DNA of 12,188 nt from Candidatus Heimdallarchaeota archaeon (GTDB taxonomy: Archaea > Asgardarchaeota > Heimdallarchaeia > Heimdallarchaeales > Heimdallarchaeaceae): assembly GCA_019057375.1 (NCBI GenBank), contig DXJF01000004.1, forward strand, positions 1 to 12,188, read 5' to 3'. The position numbers and the translations under genes were made by a program. A model generated the notes under the pieces. The model worked only from the letters and a program-made list of their open reading frames with translations. It made no database searches and was not told the DNA's origin. Each line of letters starts with the position of its first letter. Position 1 is the first letter of the stretch. Shown piece by piece: positions 6,956-12,188 of this stretch.

Positions 6956-7540
6956 CTAATTGAATGGTGGAAAGACTACATTGAAAATTATTGTGAATAA
7001 AATACCTAGTCCAATAGTATATACTCCTGCGAGAAATGCTGGGGCCATTTTTGGAATTCTTTTCTCTCCAGGTCGAATATCGGTATCGATGAATTTTCCT
7101 GTTGTTTCATCAAGAGATTGACCTGTTGCCATCTCACTCACAATCTTCTTCTTTTTCAGAACTTGTATTTCCTCTTTAACATCATCTAAGCTTTTTTCTG
7201 CTTTACGAAACTTATATTTAATAAATAACCAGTAAGTTTGCATCATATCTAAGGAAGTTGAAAATCCATATAGAAAAGCTGAAGCTCCATAAATAAACAA
7301 GAATAAAATTGTTGTGCTCAATGAGCCACTAGTAAATCCTAATCCAAGTAGAACCCCTGTTAGTATTGCAGAAAACCAGAGGATGGAAGCTAACAACCAG
7401 GAAGATAGGGGCATTTTCATAATTTTATCATAAAAGATTCCTGCTCTTGATACATCAAAGGAATATCCACAGTAGGGACATTTGTATACTCCTCCTTCCA
7501 TAAGTTCAATATTTTCTAGTTTGCAGAATCTACAATCCAT
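6956..7540 (-). CDS. Zn-ribbon, 3-TM membrane protein (~194 aa), function unknown
   Basis: Encoded on the minus strand (reverse complement of 7540 downwards reads ATG GAT TGT AGA TTC TGC); the track label + is wrong. Contains CRFC-x14-CPYC, two TM helices, a Lys-rich loop and a C-terminal TM helix. ATG 7540 is preferred over TTG 7543 because of SD spacing. Confidence 0.85.
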   Translation of the reverse strand: MDCRFCKLENIELMEGGVYKCPYCGYSFDVSRAGIFYDKIMKMPLSSWLLASILWFSAILTGVLLGLGFTSGSLSTTILFLFIYGASAFLYGFSTSLDMMQTYWLFIKYKFRKAEKSLDDVKEEIQVLKKKKIVSEMATGQSLDETTGKFIDTDIRPGEKRIPKMAPAFLAGVYTIGLGILFTIIFNVVFPPFN

Positions 7541-7545
7541 CAATT

Positions 7546-7551
7546 ATCACC
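7546..7551 (-). promoter_or_regulatory. Shine-Dalgarno-like site GGTGAT
   Basis: The minus strand reads GGTGAT-AATTG-ATG. GGTGAT is complementary to the AUCACC part of the 16S rRNA 3' end. Confidence 0.6.
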
Positions 7552-7560
7552 ATATAATAC

Positions 7561-7593
7561 AAAGAAGATAAATCCAAAGTCTTTATATTCTTT
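7561..7593. repeat. Imperfect inverted repeat (12-bp arms, 1 mismatch, 9-nt spacer) in the GTPase-to-membrane-protein intergenic region
   Basis: aaagaagataaa (7561-7572) / tccaaagtc / tttatattcttt (7582-7593). Confidence 0.5.
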
Positions 7594-7635
7594 ACGGAAC
7601 TACCCTCTTTTTAATATATAAAATTCTTTTCCTTG

Positions 7636-8544
7636 CTATGCTAATAGCGATTTAACGAAATCTGCAAGCTTTTCTTTATTCTGATTCTTTTTGTTTTTGG
7701 ATAAATATTCGTTGACAAGAAAAGCTAATCTTCGAGCTTCAGGTAATGTTTGTTCATTATCTACAGCTATAGAAATAAAATGATTTTTCTCTTCACATAT
7801 GAAGTAGAAGTAAGGATCAACCTTGATAACTTTGAATTTATCATGACCGAGAAGTTCATTAGTAAAACCACTCAATGCATTGAGATATCCAACAAACATA
7901 TTCGAATCTTCAACAATGTTATCTGGATCATAAAGGTTTAGAATGTTTCCGTCAACATCTGTAATTAGGAGTGCATTTGGTGTTGTTTTCTGAATGTCGA
8001 TTAATTGTTTAACCTTACTTACAAACCATTTCATTGCATATTCTGTGTTTTTAGCTTCTCTAAAGGATGTCTTAAAGAATTGAAAGGAGAGGTTCTGATG
8101 CTGAGACATTTTTGTGAGATTTAGAAGCTCAATAATCTCTTCAAGATTCATTGCTTTTTGCAAGTCAGATTTGTTAGCTATGAACATTATAACTTTATCA
8201 GAATAGTTACCCTGTAGCCATTCATCAACCATAATCCAGAACCATTTAGAAGCTTCTTCAAGCTGTTCTCTATCTGAGGAATCGAGAACAAAAATAATCC
8301 CCACAGAAGTCATTACGTATGATTTCCAGATTGTTGAACGAAAGGATTTTTGTCCCGAGATGTCGAAGATACTGAAATTTATGTTGCTAATTTTAATTTC
8401 TTCAAAATTAACACCAACAGTAGGTTTTGGTCTTGTGAATCTACCTTCTTTAATCCAATTCACAAGAGTTGTCTTTCCAGCATATGGTAAACCAATTATC
8501 GTTATTGGAATTCCATTTTTGTTCAACTTCTGAATGTCTTCCAT
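7636..8544 (-). CDS. Arf-family-like small GTPase fused to a C-terminal longin-like domain (302 aa)
   Basis: Minus strand (reverse complement from 8544 reads ATG GAA GAC ATT CAG). G1 GLPYAGKT, G2 PTVG, G3 DISGQ, Arf-type FR..IW..Y, GIIFVLDSSD, G4 ANKSDL followed by AMNLEEI..LL.L, and G5 region TSF. The last ~115 aa show a beta-beta-alpha-beta-beta-beta-alpha-alpha pattern. Confidence 0.88.
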   Translation of the reverse strand: MEDIQKLNKNGIPITIIGLPYAGKTTLVNWIKEGRFTRPKPTVGVNFEEIKISNINFSIFDISGQKSFRSTIWKSYVMTSVGIIFVLDSSDREQLEEASKWFWIMVDEWLQGNYSDKVIMFIANKSDLQKAMNLEEIIELLNLTKMSQHQNLSFQFFKTSFREAKNTEYAMKWFVSKVKQLIDIQKTTPNALLITDVDGNILNLYDPDNIVEDSNMFVGYLNALSGFTNELLGHDKFKVIKVDPYFYFICEEKNHFISIAVDNEQTLPEARRLAFLVNEYLSKNKKNQNKEKLADFVKSLLA

Positions 8545-8575
8545 TCTCTCTCAAAGAACTATCATTCTGAAAGTT

Positions 8576-10870
8576 TTAAAGATTGAGGAGAAGGTAATCC
8601 AAAATTGAAACCATCTCTGAATAAGGAGCAGGTTGCCTTTTCCTTCTATCTCTAACTGCTTTACTGTTCTCTCGACAGAATAAAGAAAATGTGTATATCA
8701 TCTGTGGCATTTCTTTCTGTTCTTCCAGATATTCTGTTATTTTTCCTAGTGTCTCACTGACTTCGTAAAAGTTTTTACTAGATTTAGTATAATTACTTGA
8801 AGCCTTAGAAGGTTTCTTTACAATAGCGTAAAGTTCACCAAGAATGACCCCTTGTAAACCTTCATACATCTTTTTGATAACAGGTCCAAAGACATTCCTT
8901 CTTTTAACAAAATCCCAGTTGATTTCATTCCCCTTTATGGAAACACTTTTGCTTGTTGCTATTAATTCTTGAGTATCTAATAATATAAGATCCAGTAGTT
9001 CATGAAATTCAGTCATTTCTGCAAATTGCTTTTCAACTGCTTCAGCTAGAACTTCTGGTAACTCCTCAGATTCAATCGTAACTCCAATCATCTCTTCGAT
9101 GAACTTTCTAACTACATTCTTGTATGTACTTTGAAGACCTAGTGTAACCAAACTTGATTCAGTTACCATTCCCACAGTTTTTGTCTCAATCATCCTTTCA
9201 TTAATTAAGTTTTTTAATTCCTTTTCTTGCTTCTTTATACCAACCATGCTTTGTTCTGCTTTCTTGGCATAATAATGAGCTCTAGAACGTAAAATTAAAT
9301 CTAGAACAATGTTATTATCTGCAAACAAATAGACCTTATTTTCAGAAATCAATGACTTAACGTAGTATCTTATGGCATGAACTTTCTTTCTTTGGTTATC
9401 TCTCTCAGGTATAAAAGAAGGTAAAAGTTCAATGGCTTTTTCTAAATATGAGAGCTTCTCATCAAGTTCTTGCAATTCGCTGAAACTTGCTCTAGGGTTC
9501 TCATCATTAACTTTGAGAAATGATAAATGAACTTCAGAGAGAGCTGAACTCATAGATTTTAAAGGGAAGCTGAATTGTGAAACAAGTCTATCAATTATGT
9601 TCAAATGGGATAAATCCTGCTGAAGTAGTTCACTTATTATTGTTGAGGCTGAAGAATATGCTACACTAACACCATAAATGTAAGGTAGTGATCCTGTTCC
9701 CTCTATTTCACCGAGTAATTTTTCTATGTCAACACATGCTTGAAGAGCCTCTTCTGCTTTTTGATCATATAATTTTTCTACTAAAGTTGAGTGTTTTAAT
9801 CCTAATTTGGTCAAAATATGTAGAATTTTTAGTTCTGATTCCTCTTGCTGATATTGTTTGTGTATTTTTTGTCCTTCAGGATTTTCTGTTTGTTCTAGAA
9901 GATCACAAGCCTTCTTGTATTCTTTCAATGCTTTTGCATAGTATTTAGATGCATGATTAAGGTCTCCACTCTCTAATGCACCATTTGCTAGTAATTTGAA
10001 GTGTTGTACGAGAGAAAGAGAACTATGTGCTTCAACTATTGGTAAAAATTCCTTTTGAATTGTTATTGCTCGATTTCCTTGAGTTTCAGGGCTTTTGGTC
10101 CAAATCTCAACTGTAGTCTCAAAATGCTCTTTAGCATGATTCAATATGGATATTTCACTGATAGGATCAGCCCACCAGAAATCTTGTGCAGCTTTCTTAG
10201 ATACATCAATTATATTTGAAAGCAATGTAACTCCTTGTAAGTAATCATATTCACTTTTAATCATTAATACGCTTAAATCTTTATCACTATCAGGAAGGCT
10301 ATCGTAAAGCGGAAGAAGTCTTTTCATATTTTCTAGTTGAACTAGTGGCATTAACACATTCAGCATGTCCCCTATAATTGGTGCAGGTGTCAAGCTTGTT
10401 GTACTTGCTTCAGGAATCTCATTATGCAGTACTCGATAGAGAATTTTATCAATAGATTTTTTTGCAGTAATATAGTATATGTATTGACTAGTTGATGGGG
10501 AAAAACCAAAGACTCCTCTATTTCTCACTTGAGAATAAACATACGTAAGTACACCTAATTGAAGCTCAAATTGATTAAGGGCCATTAACTGGTTAGAGAA
10601 ATCACCATAAAGAAGATCATGAAGAGGTAAAGGATTTGTTTTTGTTTCCTTTACATCAAGAAACACGTCATATAGTCTCTCAATGGCCATGTCAGCTAAA
10701 CTATTGATTGACGATAGGTTTTGAGCACATGATTCTGCAAAGATAACCCATGCTGTAGAAATTTCCTTAGGTTCATCTAAAGTAGTAAATGAGCGATAAA
10801 GATCATCTCTTTCTAATTCCATTTCTACAAATTTATTAAAAGGTCTAGTATCTAGCAAAGAAAGATGCAT
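8576..10870 (-). CDS. Large soluble, predominantly alpha-helical protein with TPR-like repeats (764 aa), function unknown
   Basis: Minus strand (reverse complement from 10870 reads ATG CAT CTT). No catalytic motif or TM segment recognised. TPR-like stretches: ALESGDLNHASKYYAKAL, LSYLEKAIELLP, LGELYAIVKKPSKASSNYTKS. Confidence 0.8.
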   Translation of the reverse strand: MHLSLLDTRPFNKFVEMELERDDLYRSFTTLDEPKEISTAWVIFAESCAQNLSSINSLADMAIERLYDVFLDVKETKTNPLPLHDLLYGDFSNQLMALNQFELQLGVLTYVYSQVRNRGVFGFSPSTSQYIYYITAKKSIDKILYRVLHNEIPEASTTSLTPAPIIGDMLNVLMPLVQLENMKRLLPLYDSLPDSDKDLSVLMIKSEYDYLQGVTLLSNIIDVSKKAAQDFWWADPISEISILNHAKEHFETTVEIWTKSPETQGNRAITIQKEFLPIVEAHSSLSLVQHFKLLANGALESGDLNHASKYYAKALKEYKKACDLLEQTENPEGQKIHKQYQQEESELKILHILTKLGLKHSTLVEKLYDQKAEEALQACVDIEKLLGEIEGTGSLPYIYGVSVAYSSASTIISELLQQDLSHLNIIDRLVSQFSFPLKSMSSALSEVHLSFLKVNDENPRASFSELQELDEKLSYLEKAIELLPSFIPERDNQRKKVHAIRYYVKSLISENKVYLFADNNIVLDLILRSRAHYYAKKAEQSMVGIKKQEKELKNLINERMIETKTVGMVTESSLVTLGLQSTYKNVVRKFIEEMIGVTIESEELPEVLAEAVEKQFAEMTEFHELLDLILLDTQELIATSKSVSIKGNEINWDFVKRRNVFGPVIKKMYEGLQGVILGELYAIVKKPSKASSNYTKSSKNFYEVSETLGKITEYLEEQKEMPQMIYTFSLFCRENSKAVRDRRKRQPAPYSEMVSILDYLLLNL

Positions 10871-10956
10871 AAGATAACATATCTTTTAACTTCAATAAAT
10901 GTTTTGCAGAATCTTTCATACAAAAAATCTAAATATAAACTCTCTAAAACAAAGAT
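10871..10956. promoter_or_regulatory. 86-bp divergent intergenic (bidirectional promoter) region
   Basis: Lies between head-to-head starts at 10870 (-) and 10957 (+). TATAAA at 10934-10939 is positioned for a leaderless + transcript. Confidence 0.55.
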
Positions 10957-12042
10957 GTGAAACCCATAGATTATATTAAAAGGCAAAATATGATTATTGA
11001 TGTTCTAAAAAATGAAGAAATAGATATGCTGATGGTTCCCCCTTCAATTAATTTCTTTTATTTGTTTAAAGGATATTTGGGGTTGAGTGAGAGATTGATT
11101 TGTGGGATTCTTTCACCCTCAGAAGATTCTATACTAATAGCCCCTTCATTTGAAAAAGAGAACCTGCAAATTCAGACTACTTATGATGAGATAGTAACTT
11201 GGAAGGAGGAAGAAAACCCATATGTAATTCTAAAAAACGCACTTTCCTCTAGACCAAAGAAGATTGCTTTAGAACCTTCTACTCCTTTTGAAATTTATAA
11301 AAGATTGAAACAACAGTTCCCAGAATCAGTTTTTGTTGATGCTGGACCAATAATAAATGAGTTTAGATCAGTAAAAACTGAAGAGGAGATTCAAAGAATG
11401 ACAAAGGCTTCTGAAGATACAGCTACTGGTATAGCTTCAGCTCTTGAGATTATTCAAACTGGCCAAACTGAACTGGAAATATTGAAAATTGTACAGGAAC
11501 AAATGGCTCTTATTTCAGGAGAGATGGGATGGGCATTAGTTCAAATTGATGAAAACAGTGCTGTACCACATGGTAAATCATCAAAGAAGAAACTGAAACA
11601 AGATAGTGTGATTCTTGTTGATGCTGGAACAACATGTGACCGTTACTTTGCTGATATTACAGTCACAAGTGTGCATGGAAAACCTTCACAAGCGTTCCTT
11701 GATGTATATAGTATAGTTGAGGATGCTAATAACAAGGCTCTTGAAGTTTCCAAATCGGGGGTTCCAGCTGAACAAGTAGATTTTGCAGCAAGGGAAGTAA
11801 TCGAAAAAGCTGGATATGGACAGTATTTTACTCATAGATTAGGTCACGGTTTAGGGTTGCAGGTACACGAAGAACCCTACATAGTCAAAGGAAATATTGA
11901 ACCATTAGTTTCAGGAAATGTTCATACAGATGAGCCTGGGATTTACATTCCAGGTAAATTCGGTATTCGAATAGAAGATGATGTTTTAGTAGGAGAAAAA
12001 TCTAGAAGATTGGTTGAATTTGATAGATATTTGTGGAAGTAA
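10957..12042 (+). CDS. pepQ: Xaa-Pro aminopeptidase/prolidase, peptidase family M24B (361 aa)
   Basis: Creatinase-like N-domain, then PHG, DAG..CDRYFADIT, HRLGHGLGLQVHEEP and EPGIY.PGKFGIRIEDD metal-binding motifs. GTG start. PepQ versus PepP cannot be resolved by eye. Confidence 0.92.
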   Translation: MKPIDYIKRQNMIIDVLKNEEIDMLMVPPSINFFYLFKGYLGLSERLICGILSPSEDSILIAPSFEKENLQIQTTYDEIVTWKEEENPYVILKNALSSRPKKIALEPSTPFEIYKRLKQQFPESVFVDAGPIINEFRSVKTEEEIQRMTKASEDTATGIASALEIIQTGQTELEILKIVQEQMALISGEMGWALVQIDENSAVPHGKSSKKKLKQDSVILVDAGTTCDRYFADITVTSVHGKPSQAFLDVYSIVEDANNKALEVSKSGVPAEQVDFAAREVIEKAGYGQYFTHRLGHGLGLQVHEEPYIVKGNIEPLVSGNVHTDEPGIYIPGKFGIRIEDDVLVGEKSRRLVEFDRYLWK

Positions 12043-12043
12043 A

Positions 12044-12188
12044 ATGAATTACAAAAATTATGATCGAGTTGCAAGTGTATACGATTTTACGCGTAAAATT
12101 CCAAACGAATCAATTCAGTTCTTTAAAGAAAAAATATACACATTTTTGGATAACAACTACAGCTCTTCCAATTACAGGATTCTATCTA
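12044..12188 (+). CDS. 3'-truncated probable class I SAM-dependent methyltransferase
   Basis: ATG 1 nt after the peptidase stop. It translates as MNYKNYDRVASVYDFTRKIP...NYRILS, matching the common [FY]D-x-x-A-x-x-YD-x-x-R N-terminus, with RILS plausibly leading into motif I. The glycine loop lies beyond the window. Confidence 0.6.
   Translation, partial: MNYKNYDRVASVYDFTRKIPNESIQFFKEKIYTFLDNNYSSSNYRILS

Noticed and set aside
6956-7540. SNARE-like tail-anchored protein next to a longin domain
   Set aside because: The helical stretch is only ~25 aa, far shorter than a 60-70 aa SNARE motif, and is separated from the C-terminal TM helix by a Pro/Gly-containing segment.
7750-7941. Plus-strand 63-aa ORF
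   Set aside because: Antisense shadow of the GTPase-longin gene.
9688-9948. Plus-strand 86-aa ORF
   Set aside because: Antisense shadow of the 764-aa gene; its hydrophobicity arises from reversed AAA/GAA codons.
6956-10870. The + strand labels given in the ORF track for 6956..7543, 7636..8544 and 8576..10870
   Set aside because: The listed proteins are obtained only from the reverse complement: CAT at 7538-7540, 8542-8544 and 10868-10870, with stops read from cta/cta/tta at 6956, 7636 and 8576.
12084-12099. Perfect 16-bp palindrome attttacgcgtaaaat
   Set aside because: It lies inside a coding frame, and a rough estimate suggests one such palindrome per ~12-25 kb of AT-rich DNA is expected by chance.

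Overview
Gene-dense, intronless, AT-rich prokaryotic window. It most likely comes from an Asgard archaeon (inference from an Arf-like GTPase fused to a longin-like domain, an eL33/L35Ae-like domain and BRE/TATA-type upstream motifs). Plus strand, in order: a 5'-truncated eL33-like protein with a long K/P/T/A repeat extension; two paralogous ~120-aa 4-TM proteins; a tightly coupled run of HerA/FtsK-family ATPase (acidic linker, coiled coil, Cys/His repeats), AAA_33 P-loop kinase, APH-like phosphotransferase and endonuclease IV; later an M24B Xaa-Pro peptidase and the start of a probable SAM methyltransferase. Minus strand: a 764-aa TPR-like helical protein, the Arf-like GTPase-longin fusion and a Zn-ribbon 3-TM protein. 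This trio is the best candidate for an undescribed membrane-associated small-GTPase module. Corrections to the supplied ORF track: ORFs 6956..7543, 7636..8544 and 8576..10870 are labelled + but are encoded on the minus strand; ORF 447..650 is only the 3' end of a frame open from the window start; the partial ORF at 12044 is missing. All family calls are by-eye motif recognition, with no database searches run.
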